A DNA stretch of 63,947 nucleotides, the filler included, from Octopus bimaculoides (lineage: Eukaryota): NCBI RefSeq assembly GCF_001194135.2. It is 8 parts of 8 records of this genome, joined end to end, with 100 filler letters (N's around TTAATTAATTAA, not from the genome) between each part and the next. Parts side by side here need not be neighbours in the genome. Positions count along the whole stretch, not along the records: positions 1 to 26,098 come from NC_068986.1; 7 more parts are not named here. One strand, written 5' to 3'. The translations under genes were made by a program, and so were the position numbers. Positions within the stretch are counted from its first letter, which is position 1; every line of letters begins with the position of its first letter. This document shows positions 11,125 through 24,577 of the stretch, in pieces. The notes beneath the pieces were generated by a model that was not told the DNA's origin, did not search any database, and saw only the letters and a program-made list of their open reading frames with translations.

Positions 11125-13791
11125 GTAAGTAGGAACTCATATTAATACTTTGTTAATATCTGTCTCTACCTAGTAAGCTGAACTTTATCTAGATGGACGT
11201 GATGCTTTTGAGCAACTGAGAATACGAAACTCCTCTTGAACGAGACACCAGTCCACCACAGGGTTAACTTGCGCATTCTCTTCCTAACTATCGCTGATAC
11301 ATATTTCCAGTTAAGTGGACTGAAGCAACGTCGAATGAAGTGCCTTGCTCAAGGACACATTGTTTCTCCAGGTGCGTCAATCGAATCCACCTCCGAACAG
11401 TTATAAACCGAACGCTAGCAACACACTATCAACGCACCTGTACTTATGGTGGACATCCTATTAAAATAATTCTATTACTGATTTACTTCCCGAAAATATC
11501 AGTTATGGTAAATTTTGTCTTTGTCCCCATCACCGCTATTTATATGCTATTTAAAGTAGATTTCACGCTCAACCAAATTAAAAATAAAATTTATTCTATT
11601 GGATTGGTGCATAATTATTGCGGCTTTTTTTTCAACAAATTTTTTATTCAACATGTAACAAAATCTTTAAATGATTATCCCGGAGGATATTCACCGTCTA
11701 CTTCAATTACTGCTTCTCATTTGCTTAGCAGACGGTGAGACCGTCATTTAAAGATGTATTCGTTAAATATTTTTTTGTTGAATAAAATTTGCTGGAAAAA
11801 AAAAAAAAAAGAGACGCAATGAATTATACACCAACAATAATAGTTTCGTTCCAAACGTAAGTAAATTGTTAGTTTCTTTAAACTCCGTGGAGCTTGAAAT
11901 GAATATTCGTATGACAATGCTTTGTTTATTCATGCAGATAATTCTAATGTTGCAGTTGACGTCAAATAGCTATTTACGCTTGTTCAAATCCTACGTAAAC
12001 AAAATGTAAAGGATCTTAACTGCCACCAAATCAACAAAAAAATGCTACTACACACATTATGCTACTGCATATGTCTGTGAGTGTGTATATTCTTAAAATT
12101 CGTTATACTCTCGCATTTGAATTTATTCTAATTCGCACGATGTTGTGCGTAAAATACGTCGTTTAATTAATGGTGAGCCAGCTAAAATACAAAGATGCAA
12201 ATTAGCTACGTTAATAGTTCAATTCTTAACTACTTTGAATTCTATGTCATTAACTGAGGAAGGAAATTCAAGGACATGTCCTATAAGAGACGGTCAGCAA
12301 CCTGCGAAACTGTCCGTCGGAAATCTCTCCCAGTATTTTTTTTTCTGCACATCAAAATCATAGGAATATGTCTAATTTTTTTTTATTTCTTCATAGGTAG
12401 AGCTTTCACATATTTTTTGTTATGTGCTCAGCACAACCGATGGTGTATTTTCGTGTGTATAATCTATGGTATCTAAATAAAATTACATTTTTTTTCTGCG
12501 ACTTCTTCCTGAAATTATTTTCGTGTTCACTACAACCATATCGTCGGTAAACCGACAGTGACAAAATCATTGAAGCGGAAGACAAGATTCCATGCGAGAT
12601 TTGTTTTAGCTCTTCAAATTCTGAGTTCAAATCTTACCGAAGTTAATTAGGACTTTCAACCTTCTGACGTCAAATTTCGTCCAGTGGTGAGGCTCCATCT
12701 CGCGAGTACAACAGTTTTGGAGGTGTTGTTACTCCTTGGTAGCAAATGATCTAATAATTTCACCAATCCACCATCTTGGACTAGTACTTAATACTAAGTA
12801 AGATTAGTCCACTCTGGACTGGAATGGTATAATCGGTCAAGAGCTCCAGTTACAGCTCAAATAGATGGCCTAGTGAATAAAATATACAGGCCTAGGAGGC
12901 TAACCTCTAGATATGTCCCACAGGTCATCTGGAGTGTGGATATGTTCTGATTCTCGGCTTTCCCGCCAATGTTATATTGGTCCTGTACTTCAAGGGTAAA
13001 CTAAATAAATCACCAGAAGGCATCAGGAAACCACTTCACCACCACCACCAGAAAAATCACGAAACTTCAAAATTGGGCATGGAGGTCTGTTAGCTGAAGT
13101 TTGTAAAACGGGTTTGGCACATAAGAAGAGAGATTTGTTCTAGCTTTTTTACGTTATGAGTGCTCTGAGAGGTTCAGATGAACTTTTCTGCATCTAACAG
13201 TCAAGGGAAAAAACGAAGGTAACGGAAAATCACAATTATATTCACTCGTGAAATTTCCATGACAAAGCAGTGCTTGTCAAAGACGCCACTCAGGGTCGTT
13301 TTGTCGACTTGATGGCACAAGTCTGTGACCATCCCATTTCTATAAGTTGTCTAAATCAGTGGCTCTTTAACTGGGAGGTAACACCCCCTTGAGAGCTTAA
13401 AGGCTACCTCGTTGGCTCAAATACTTACCCGCTGGTTTATTTTGGTCTAAATTTAAGTCTGGTCGGCGTCTTTTGCTGAGATTTAGTCGCAGGACGGATT
13501 TAATGTTTCATTACTTCAAATTTACAAGACAACTTCTCAGAGCTACAGGCAGTTGTAACATCATATTTTTCCCTCCAAAGACCTTAACCTTTTTTTTTTT
13601 AACTGGATATCCTTGATTATTTCTTTCAAAGACGTTTGCATTAGCCGTTCTGTTGAGAAGCTCAGTGTAATAGCTGCAACAACACTTTCATGTCGGCAAT
13701 TTGATATCTTGTTCGTTTAACCGTCGTGCTTTTCAAACGATTTTCTTCTTTTCAATCTAAATATATTTTCATTTTATTTCTCTATTTGTAG

Positions 13792-13926
13792 TTTGTCTCT
13801 GTGGTCATAGTTGGAAAGAAGGATTCGTCAATGCTCAAACCACATACATCGATTATTCCGAGGAAAAAATTGACGCAAAAATCGGTTTATCATTTTCTCT
13901 CGCCAGCGTCAACATGACTCTTAAAG
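13792..13926 (+). CDS. DUOXA: DUOXA coding exon 3 (CLCGHSWKEGFVNAQTTYIDYSEEKIDAKIGLSFSLASVNMTLK)
   Basis: tttgtag acceptor and gtaggt donor. 135 nt. Matches the DUOXA luminal motif W..G.....T.Y.......A.IGL...L..VN.TL.G with the conserved N-x-T sequon. Confidence 0.93.
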
Positions 13927-15368
13927 GTAGGTTGACAAGAACAAATTAATCACATTCTTTCTCCAGATAGACTTCATCAATTTAACATGGGGTGGGGGTA
14001 TGAAATTAATTAATCTTCGATAAAACGAAAACTGAGTCAAGACAAAGCAGTTTGAGTTGTGCCAAAGGGACAGGTTTTATACGAGGATTCCTTATTTATC
14101 CTTGAGACTATTGTAAATTGTAGATGTTATATACAAACAATCGCTCAGCCACATTAAATAGTCGCTCGTACATTAAATACAGACCAAGAAATATAACATT
14201 CACACAATGGCAATATTCATTTGGAGATTCTTTGAATTCCTTCAAGAAATATTTTAAACGCCAAAATTAATTAACCAGTAATACGAAAATATTTAATCGC
14301 TATTAACGTATTGCCGGCCGTTACTCACGAACGAGTATGATTTGGCCCGGTTGGTACCCATTTTAGCTGAGTAGACGAGAGTAACGTGAAATAAAGTGCT
14401 TTGCTCAGACACAACACACAATCTCATCTATGAATCCAAATCCTGACCTTATGAACTGAACATCTTAACCATCAAGCCATGCGCATTCATTGTTCCATTT
14501 AGTATAAATCTCAACATTAAAAAAAAACACTGAACTCTTATTTTCTTTGTTTATAGAGCAGGTAGAATAATAAACAATGGTTTCTATATATCTTTATTGA
14601 ATCCTCCATTCCCTCAAACACACTCTGACCCTTATACTAAAACCCTCTCTTCTCTACGAACTTTTTGGCAATATCAAGATGTCAATTTCTTTGCAGTTGT
14701 GCTATTGTCTCGCCTGTCTAAAGTAATTTTGTTCTTCCCCACTCATTGATTGCACTTTGCCTACGTTCAAATAGCCTCTTCTCTGATTATCATTACATGC
14801 ACTCTCCCCTATTAAACTCCACACTATTTTATCAGTATTCCTATTCGTTGTTCAACTATTTCCAGTTATATAAAAACCCTGATAGACTAAACCACCTTCT
14901 TCACTTCTGATCTGAGACAACTCCTCGATGACTTTGGGCAATTCCCTCCTTTCCTAGGACACACATTTAACTATATTGTAAAGACAGAGAGTAATTGATA
15001 CCTGGTGGAGTGAAATAAAAATGTATTTGGTGTCAAAAAAGCTAATAATATTAAGGTTGCGTTTTTAATTGGCTGATTTAACATAAACGTAATGATTCAA
15101 GATAGGTTTCTATTTGAAATAACATTTTCGAATTCTTATTTATGGTGGAAAACAAAACCTTGCTAATATTTTACTGACGTTAATTTTGACTATAAAATTA
15201 GTTATATGAGAATGTATTCGGAGAACTGGATTGCTGCAACTAGCAATTACGGCTGTATTCAAGGAGTGCAAAGCGGCTTTTTATTTGGCAGCATTTGTAA
15301 TCTTTCTTCCTTGTCCAACCAAACTAATTTGCTTTGCTGTTAAAAAAAGTTTAATTTACTTTTGGCAG

Positions 15369-15425
15369 GTGAAATCAGTCAGAACTCGACTGTATATTAC
15401 AATGAACAACTTTTTCTATTCGACG
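15369..15425 (+). CDS. DUOXA: DUOXA coding exon 4 (GEISQNSTVYYNEQLFLFD)
   Basis: tttggcag acceptor and gtaaga donor. 57 nt, phase 1 to 1. Carries the N-x-T..YNE motif seen in DUOXA (NETIDYNE in vertebrates). Confidence 0.9.
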
Positions 15426-15553
15426 GTAAGACAATATCCTTTTATTTTTGCATCTTACGAACCATTTAATATTAACTTGCACATAATTTCCACGATAACT
15501 AAAATATTGGTAACTGAAAGCAAGCCACGGCGCTTCGTTTTATGTAAACAACT

Positions 15554-15942
15554 TTGTTGTTGTTGGCACTCCGTCGCTTACGACGTCGAGGGTTCCAGTT
15601 GATCCGATCAACGGAACAGCCTGCTCGTGAAATTAACGTGCAAGTGGCTGAGCACTCCACAGACACGTGTACCCTTAACGTAGTTCTCGGGGATATTCAG
15701 CGTGATACAGTGTGACAAGGCTGACCCTTTGAATTACAGGCACAACAGAAGCAGGAAGTAAGAGTGAGAGAAAGTTGTGGTGAAAGAGAACAGCAGGGTT
15801 CGCCACCATCCCCTGCCAGAGCCTCGTGGAGCTTTAGGTGTTTTCGCTCAATAAACACTCACAACGCCCGGTCTGGGAATCGAAACCGCGATCCTATGAC
15901 CGCGAGTCCGCTGCCCTGACCACTGTGCCATTGCGCTTCCAC
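15554..15942 (-). mobile_element. Full-length tRNA-derived SINE with 12-bp TSD
   Basis: Head GGAAGCGCAATGGCACAGTGG with B box GGTTTCGATTCC, and a (CAA)n tail. TSD ATGTAAACAACT at 15542-15553 and 15943-15954. Confidence 0.9.
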
Positions 15943-17404
15943 ATGTAAACAACTAACATTGCTTGAACAAACAAATGAACTCTTTCACTACACCACGGTC
16001 ATTCAAGTTTTTTTTTTCTTTAGACTTCAGTGTTCAGTCAACGGCAGTGAAGAATATTTGCGATGTCGATTAACAAGAGTTCAAAATAATCAATGCCGGT
16101 TCAACTTTGCCTTTTATGCCACATCACATATTACCTTTCAATTAATGTGAAGGATTAACTCCGATTATTGTCTAAATCTCTGTCGTTGATACTGCTATAT
16201 CCAAAGCTATAAATGAAATCCTTGGTAATTCTGAAATAGGTTGCTTACTACTGTTTCTAAAAATCCCAAAATACGAAATCTAAAGAATCCAATCGACAGT
16301 AAAATGGTTTTCTTAAAATAATTACTAGGCAAATAATGAGCCAACGAAGGAACCTCCACGTTGTCACTCGATCTCCTAGGAATAGCAGTTGAATCTCCCT
16401 CAGATTACTCCCTAGATTCTTAAATAAGAAATTTACTCATTAGATAATTAAATCCGACATCTTCTGTAAAAAGGTAAAGTACTTTTTCATCATAGGATTG
16501 CCCAATCCAAAATGGCCTAGGACTACATAACTGAGAAACTGGGTCATAATCTAACGTGATTTCTTTTCCTAACATTTATAGTAGTAAGTTGAAGTTGGAT
16601 TTAAGACTGTTCTGGAGCAATACTGTATAGTATTGCTCTATACAGTAGAATCTTGCATGTGTGATTAGGAAAACTGACCAGCTAAAATTATTCAAGCAAT
16701 TACAAATAAAAAAAAATTCCGTCTCTAGATGTTTAAAATCTAAAACGGAATACAAACAAGAGAAATACCTCCAAGATCTATTAACCGAAATCCTTGGACA
16801 CTGGAGATAAAACGGATACTTAGATAGCTGAGGTCTCATAAGATTAGAAAACCTTAAACCAAGAAAAATTATTTGGTCAATGTTTTTGCAATTCTTCAAT
16901 TACTCTTGTGTCGGTTTCACCAGGAATGACTAAAGATTAAAAGGCAGTAACAATGCTGCTCCCAGTGAACCTAGAATGCGAAGATTTTTTTTTAATGATT
17001 AATTCTCTTAAAATGCATTTTCCAATCTACTCCCTATTTATTTGTTTCATCGTTAATTTTAATGAAACCTCTCATTTCGTAAGATATCTAACTAGTTACA
17101 GATATTATACTGAAGATTTCTAAAAAGAATAAAATAGTTTTGTAAACTACATAATGTATTTTATGCATATTGTTCCTCGAATTCTTTAATCTCAAATTTG
17201 AATTTCTAATCCTACTTCATGTTGTAAGGGGCTGGTTACTGTATTAACTGTCATTGCTAGATAGGAACCACATGTCTTTGAGCCGTTTAGTTATTTTGTA
17301 ACAATAGAAATAACAAAGATTTCAGTTGATTTAGCAACTTATCAAACGGTAATAGGAAGTCTTTTTTCTCTGTATGTTTAAGTTTTTTAAATTCTAATTT
17401 TCAG

Positions 17405-17558
17405 CGGACGAATTACAAATACAACGTGGCCACAAGTTCCAACTTGGTTTACCGTCACCAATTCTGACTCTAACTGATTACATATGCTTTGAGGGCAGTG
17501 ATTTAATGTGGGGAAAATATCTTCGAACTGCTGGATACTACGCCTATATTTTACTATG
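17405..17558 (+). CDS. DUOXA: DUOXA coding exon 5 (DELQIQRGHKFQLGLPSPILTLTDYICFEGSDLMWGKYLRTAGYYAYILL)
   Basis: ttttcag acceptor and gtaagt donor. 154 nt. Contains the hallmark GLP.PIL and WG...R.AGYY motifs. Confidence 0.95.
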
Positions 17559-17647
17559 GTAAGTACCTTCTGTAAAGCCCCAATAGATTGCTCAGACTTC
17601 CTGTATCGTGTCATTTAATAAAAAAATTTTAATTTTAATTTTTCCAG

Positions 17648-17859
17648 TTCGACGCTCACCTTTTGGATAATAACAGTAATTTTAATGTGCTCGGTAGTCT
17701 TCTACGGTTCCGTGATGTTTCTGATCAGTGGACTCACCATGTGTATAACTGCAATCGTTTATCACTTACTTCAGCCACCGCATCCAATTCAAATACCGTT
17801 TGGTGAAGAAGTGCTTCGACTTAGTTATGGGTGGTGTTTCTATCTTGTATTGGTAACAG
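17648..17859 (+). CDS. DUOXA: DUOXA coding exon 6 (STLTFWIITVILMCSVVFYGSVMFLISGLTMCITAIVYHLLQPPHPIQIPFGEEVLRLSYGWCFYLVLVT)
   Basis: tttccag acceptor and gtaaga donor. 212 nt. TM helices plus the I.IPF...L...YGW.F.L.L.TG motif. Confidence 0.95.
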
Positions 17860-18857
17860 GTAAGAAAATACACTCTCTCATTCTCTTTGTGTCTCTCACA
17901 CGCACTCTTCTTTCCTCTTTTTTTCGCTCGCCTTTACTTTTAAAATTGTTGGATTATTCTTTGTCATATCTCGTCAAAGAATCGAATCTATAAACGCAAA
18001 TTAACTATTTTTGTGAACATCGTTTCGCTAAAGCGTCATTTTATAACTCAACCCCTTTAATCACGGATAAAAAAGTAAAACTATTTTTTTATTTATACTA
18101 AAATACGGATAAATAACACATTGAGTAAATCTGCTTAATTTTTGGCCTGGATAAATAAAAATTTTACTAGCATTAGGTAAGTAAACATACTAATTTACTT
18201 AAATCTGTGATTTACGAGAACACGCAGCCATCTTCTATGACGTGTGAGCAAACTGTCAGAATCACGTGGTCTTGGTTATCTGTACGTTTTAGAGGTGTCC
18301 AATGAATTGGTAATTGTGACTCAACTTATTTATATTTTTGTAATTTATGTTGAAAAATTGCCCAATACATTGTATAAAGTGACTGAAGGGGTTATGCATA
18401 TTTTAATTTCTTGTTGGTCTGCTTTGATCCATATAGACTTCGTTCACAGACTCTTTAAGCGCATCTGTCCAGGTTAGTTATTCCTACACTCGCACTGTTG
18501 TACCTGATGTTCCGCGCACGGTCGAACGAATCCAATTTACTGAAAGTACTGTAGAAGTCGGAAACTGCCTGGCATTCTACTTGCAGTATTCTCCAAGCAG
18601 AAAACAGAATCTTTTACTTGTTTCAGTCATCAAACTGCGGCCATGCTGAAGCCACTGCCTTGGAATAATTTAGTCGAATAAATATATTCTCAGTATTTTT
18701 TTCTCTTAGAGTTTGCTATATTTTGCCGAACCACTAAATTAAGGGGACATAAACAAACCAGCACCAGCTGTCAAGCAGTGGACATACGTACACACATGAC
18801 GGGCTTCCACACAGTTTCTGTCAACCAAATTCACTCACAAAGCATTGGTTGGCAGGG

Positions 18858-18893
<36 letters not shown>

Positions 18894-19153
18894 ACAGGAA
18901 GGACAACAAAAAGAAAGAGACCTCGATATTATGCAAATAGAGGAATTTATCTGTAAAAATATGTGACACNNNNNNNNNNNNNNNNNNNNNNNNNNNNNNN
19001 NNNNNNNNNNNNNNNNNNNNNNNNNNNNNNNNNNNNNNNNNNNNNNNNATATATATATATATATATATATATATAATCTTTGATTATTAACTTTATTCTG
19101 CTGCTAACCTAGTTCCGAAATTCAATTGCAATACAATATTTCTCTTTCTCAAG

Positions 19154-19287
19154 GTATTATTACTTCTGTGATCGGTTTGTTCTTCGTGGCATTGAATTGT
19201 TTTGATCCAAACAGATTGCACTGTTTATTCGGTTTTGAGAATGAAGAAGACACCGAGGAAATGTCCAATGCCGATGGATATAATCGG
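19154..19287 (+). CDS. DUOXA: DUOXA coding exon 7 (GIITSVIGLFFVALNCFDPNRLHCLFGFENEEDTEEMSNADGYNR)
   Basis: ctttctcaag acceptor and gttagt donor. 134 nt. Last TM followed by P..L..FG and an acidic stretch, as in DUOXA. Confidence 0.88.
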
Positions 19288-20354
19288 GTTAGTAAAATAT
19301 TTTTCTTGAATTATATTTTCTTATTTGGAGAGAGAAAGACATGGGCCAAGACTGTAGAATGTCAGCTTACGGATTGTTCATATTCCATCACATTCTCACG
19401 AGGAACACCGTATGCTGAAAAGTTCCTGGTTTTGAGGGTATCGCGAAAGGCCTGGCTGGAGGTTCAACATTTCGAGTTCTTTTATAGGGCTTAGAAAAAC
19501 TGAAGTACCCAGCCACGCCTGCGCCTCTGGAAATTTTATGTTGATTTTTTTTAATGGAAATTACAATAGGAGGTGAGGACTTGTATAAGAAAACTGTACT
19601 GGACCTTCATGCTTTATCAGTCATATTTCTGCTAACAACGTCCTACTGCCATTCTAATCCCAACATAGATTTTTTTCAATGTATTTAAAATATAATTATA
19701 CCTGGTTTGAACAATTTTAAAATATTTTCAAGTAACATAACGACTGTCTAAATAGCGTCGCTTCTTTGACATTTACTACCCCTCGTGATCTCTCAACGAT
19801 TTCAATAGGGTACTACTGCTCAGGTTAAAAACTTCTGAGCTAGCACTTTTTGTTCTTTTGATAAAACAATTTTCAGTAATATCAGAGCTTGTAACTCTTC
19901 AGTAAATAGCAAAGTCAGAGAATTTACTCGGTGCAAACAAAACATATTTGCTGAAATACTTTTTGTCAGTTACAAGTTGATAGCAAATAATGACATTAAA
20001 AAATTCGGATGTAATTTTTCTAAATTAGTTCTGCGTTAACTTCGCCTATTTATCGAGTTTTATTGTCCTTGACAACAGTTGAAAGTTCATTTTTTTTTTC
20101 ATATTTATGCTAACGAAGCATTATCGTTTGTTTATATCCAGACATTTTTTTTATTAGCTCATATTGTCTGCAACAGAATAAGAAGTACGTAGCGTCAATA
20201 ACTAAATATACCACAGCTGATTCGGCTATTAAACTTTAGAGAGGAAAAGCATTTATGTTCGAATATTTGTAGTTGAAGCTTGAGGACGGAGTGTAGATTC
20301 ATTAAAGTACTTTTCGAAGTAAAAAGACTTCGACCTTACTTAATTCCGCCACTC

Positions 20355-21070
20355 TCAAACTATAGATTTACAACAATAGCAGAGGATATAAAAGTAGCCG
20401 CCTTCGGAAGTGCCTGGGTTTACCACGCAGTGTAAGCACTTCGCGCTGTATGGAAGCAGCAACAAGTTCAGTCCTTGGAGAAATTCATGGTATCCCTGGT
20501 ACCAGAACACCTTCAGTACTCCAATTTCAGAGACACCGAAGTGTTTGACGTAGGGGTTGCAGTGAGAACAGGAAGTGGAAGGCAGTAGTGCACCAGAAAC
20601 GCAGTCCTCCTTGGGGGGTGGGGCTGCACAGGGCATGGTCTGATTCAGAAGTTCAACAGACCCAATATGACGCAGTAAGCAGAGGCGGAATGTGGTGCAA
20701 AGGATCAGTGGAGAAAGAGCAAGCAGAGGAAACAAGGTACCTGGATAAAGTGGGAACGGATGATGGAGCGGAATGTCACCTGGAAAGACAATCCGGAAGC
20801 AGTTAAGTTCTTGATTCATGCCTATCTATGGTGTCCTCGCCAGTTTTATTTTCTGAGTGAAGGACACTATCACTAGACATGATCAGGTCGTGAAGACCGT
20901 AGCTCAAGCAGTCAGCAAGGAGATCAGTGACAGCAAGAATGGCAGAAGTGGTCTTTGTCAAAGAGGAAAAGAAGCCAACGAAAATAGGCAAGAACAGCTT
21001 CGAGAGAGTAATTTCCAAAGAACGGGATTAGATGATGGAAGTTGATCTGGAGAAACGGCTAAAGTTTTCA
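20355..21070 (+). mobile_element. Degenerate HERO-like (restriction-like endonuclease clade) non-LTR retrotransposon fragment in DUOXA intron 7
   Basis: Frameshifted motifs: LGLPRSVS..LYGSSNK, VRTG.KWKA, QGTWIKWE...RNVTWKD, KFLI, RHDQVVKTVAQAV, VFVK, MEVDLEKRLKF. Confidence 0.75.
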
Positions 21071-21824
21071 GCATGATTGTGTGAATGTACTGCTTATGCA
21101 TGCTGAAGTAGATACATGTTTAGGTTCTGGTGATTTTATCATTTGGTGAATATCTTAAAATCTTTGCATCATGGTTTATGCAAATAGTTTAGCAGTTAAA
21201 GATGCGAATCATTAGTGTTATTGAACCTCATAGTTTTCAATAATGCCTCAAAGAAAATTGTAGGAATTTGAATCTGAACACCAAACCAAGAATATTTTAT
21301 GAGTTTCACTTAATAAGTCGATCAGTGCACTCGTCTAAATTAAATGCGAATTTTGTAAAATCTCAATTTGCTAGTGGCTTTCTCGATTAACTTTTGATAT
21401 TCGAAATAAATTAGAAACTATTGCTTGCTTAATTATTCTTCGAACGCAAATATGCTAATCGCTGTGTATGTCACAGGAAAACAAATTCACAACGCACACG
21501 TGTCATTGGTGCAAGGAATTCTGGGATACCGGTGTCTCGACGTGTTGACTCCTCAGCCAGAAGCATGCCCGGATCTTTGAACCTAAACAAGAGCGGGGNN
21601 NNNNNNNNGGGGGGGGGGAGCTTTGTTTAAAATTTAGTCACTGTTCACATTTCGTTGAAACTAATATCTGTTAACATTAAATTTCATGTGGACATGAAGG
21701 AAATGAATGAGCAATTAGATCATTTGGAATTCAAACTTGTCTCCAGCTTTTAACTTTCAAATATAACTTAACAAATCAATGTAGTTTCTTTCTAGTTTGT
21801 ATTATTTTGTATTTTTATTTTCAG

Positions 21825-22100
21825 AAAAATGAACTTGCTCTTAATGGTAATGTAAACTTGGGCTACAATGCGGAAATGAAGATATGTAAATCAATAGAAA
21901 ATCAAGCAGGTGAACCAAACTTAAATCTAGTCAATAATTCGCTGAATAAACATATAACATATCCAAGTAGCTCGAACATGTTTTCTACGCCAAACTCGCT
22001 TGAAAAGAGTCAAGATAATATCCAAGAAATAAATGACAAACTCAGACCAAACGGAGATTTGAGTCACGTTGTTGTCGTCAATGAAAATGAACGTCTCTGA
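21825..22100 (+). CDS. DUOXA: DUOXA terminal coding exon (91-aa Asn/Ser-rich cytosolic tail ending VVVVNENERL*)
   Basis: atttttattttcag acceptor. Phase 0, matching exon 7, and in frame with ORF 21807-22100. Supported by splice logic rather than homology. Confidence 0.7.
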   Translation, partial: KNELALNGNVNLGYNAEMKICKSIENQAGEPNLNLVNNSLNKHITYPSSSNMFSTPNSLEKSQDNIQEINDKLRPNGDLSHVVVVNENERL

Positions 22101-24421
22101 AAATGTAATTGCTTTACTTCGAAACCTACATACAAAATCTCTGAATCTCAAAATTCTAATTCAAGGAACCAGTAAGGCGTGTTGGCTTCCATCTTCCTTC
22201 AAAAAACAAATTATACAAGACATGGTTTTCCAACCTGTTAATATAATTTTAGTAATTGCCTTTCTAGGTTTTACTAGAATGTTTTTAAAACGTGATCTAT
22301 GAATTCATACCATTTCAAAATTTTTTTTTTTTTTTTTTTTTTTTTTNNNNNNNNNNNNNNNNNNNNNNNNNNNNNNNNNNNNNNNNNNNNNNNNNNNNNN
22401 NNNNNNNNNNNNNNNNNNNNNNNNNNNNNNNNNNNNNNNNNNNNNNNNNNNNNNNNNNNNNNNNNNNNNNNNNNNNNNNNNNNNNNNNNNNNNNNNNNNN
22501 NNNNNNNNNNNNNNNNNNNNNNNNNNNNNNNNNNNNNNNNNNNNNNNNNNNNNNNNNNNNNNNNNNNNNNNNNNNNNNNNNNNNNNNNNNNNNNNNNNNN
22601 NNNNNNNNNNNNNNNNNNNNNNNNNNNNNNNNNNNNNNNNNNNNNNNNNNNNNNNNNNNNNNNNNNNNNNNNNNNNNNNNNNNNNNNNNNNNNNNNNNNN
22701 NNNNNNNNNNNNNNNNNNNNNNNNNNNNNNNNNNNNNNNNNNNNNNNNNNNNNNNNNNNNNNNNNNNNNNNNNNNNNNNNNNNNNNNNNNNNNNNNNNNN
22801 NNNNNNNNNNNNNNNNNNNNNNNNNNNNNNNNNNNNNNNNNNNNNNNNNNNNNNNNNNNNNNNNNNNNNNNNNNNNNNNNNNNNNNNNNNNNNNNNNNNN
22901 NNNNNNNNNNNNNNNNNNNNNNNNNNNNNNNNNNNNNNNNNNNNNNNNNNNNNNNNNNNNNNNNNNNNNNNNNNNNNNNNNNNNNNNNNNNNNNNNNNNN
23001 NNNNNNNNNNNNNNNNNNNNNNNNNNNNNNNNNNNNNNNNNNNNNNNNNNNNNNNNNNNNNNNNNNNNNNNNNNNNNNNNNNNNNNNNNNNNNNNNNNNN
23101 NNNNNNNTTTTTTTTTTTTTTTTTTTTTTTTTTTCTGAATAACACTGTCACTTGTTAAATGCTAAACGAAAGAGTATGTTCGGTTCTCCGAAGGGCTTGT
23201 GGAGTAACGCTACTCGACAGCGTACGTAACTCGGAGGTCGGGTAATCTCTCCTGGTTGGATAGCTACCTCTCTGCATTTAGAGGTTATAGCTCTGGTATA
23301 ACAGACATGTGATTAGAATGATCCAAGCCGAGCCAACCGGTAAGAGACTGAGTAGACCAAGAACGAGCTGGCTGAATAATAGTCAGTCTCATTTGGTCAC
23401 GCTTTGGAGTACATCTGGAAAGTATGACAGTTGCTTCTAGTACAACCTTGGGGAGGTGGTGTCTGAAGACTATACCCCCAACCCCATGACCTTTTCAGGA
23501 ACGGCTGGCAGAGAAACTGGAATGGTAAGATACTTATATTTACTAATTGTTCAACCATTTATCTTTAAAAAGAGAAAAAGATAGTTTGACTTTCTGTTAG
23601 TGTTAGAAAAATTCAGCTCATATTTTTGGATTCTGAAGTATCTACAGCACTTAACAGTTTTTAAAAACATTATCTGATCTGCGTTGTTTGTGTGAGTGAC
23701 TAAGTTTCCATGACATAAGTGAACTGCTGGAGATTCCGATTAGACTTCGTCTTTTTGCAATGTGTCTAGAGAAATTAGCGTTGCGATGCTCATCCTCTTC
23801 GGAGGGAATCTATTTAATGCTGTAAGCTTTAAAGAGAAAAAAAAAACTAAAAACGGATGACTGTCGGTCCCAGGGTTCAATCGACTGTGGCATCTTGGAC
23901 AAGTGGCTTTTACTATTGCCTTGGTTCAATCTAGACCTTGTGAGAAATTGAGTAGACGGAAACTGTGGAAGCCCGTCGACTGGATTGTACATGTAACTTA
24001 AAAGTACAGCTTTATCACAAACCATGAGATGCTGATTCTTGTTAATTATACAAGTGCCCATTCAGTTACTTAAAAATAATGAATAACCAAAACGTGGAGA
24101 GTAGTTGTAGTAAATACGGGATTATGCTTTACTTCTTAAGACTATTTGTTTGAATTACAAATTAAATGCTCTAAACTGATACCACATGATTTTAAGGAAG
24201 GTGGTAACAGACAGTTCCATATGTTTCCATACCAATACAGAATCCAAGCAAGCACATGCATGCATACGACAAACCTTGTACAAAATTTACTCACAAAACA
24301 CTGGTCTGCGGCCTGAAAAGTAAGATACCAGACAATGGAATCGAACCCAAATGAAAGAATGGCTTTTATTCTATCAAATTGAAACAGATATATATGTTTC
24401 TTGGTGAAATTTTGTCCAGTT

Positions 24422-24577
24422 TCACGGCAAATCTTTATAGTCTCGATTAGAAGTAAAGTCGTAGGGTTTCCACCAACTTGAAAACTTCAAAACTTTCTGT
24501 CGCTGAACTTCAAATTTCTCATATCGGCCTTTACGGAAAAGATAAGGATCCGCGTCAATCATACCTCCAATAATTTC
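24422..24577 (-). CDS. CWF19L2: CWF19-like protein 2, terminal coding exon ([51 protein letters not shown])
   Basis: Minus-strand acceptor ttctctacttttctaactcag then GAA. The peptide aligns with the CWF19L2 C-terminus as I recall it (EIIGGMLDIEPRLWRKG...[21 protein letters not shown]). AATAAA on - at 24365-24370. Confidence 0.9.
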   Translation of the reverse strand, partial: [51 protein letters not shown]

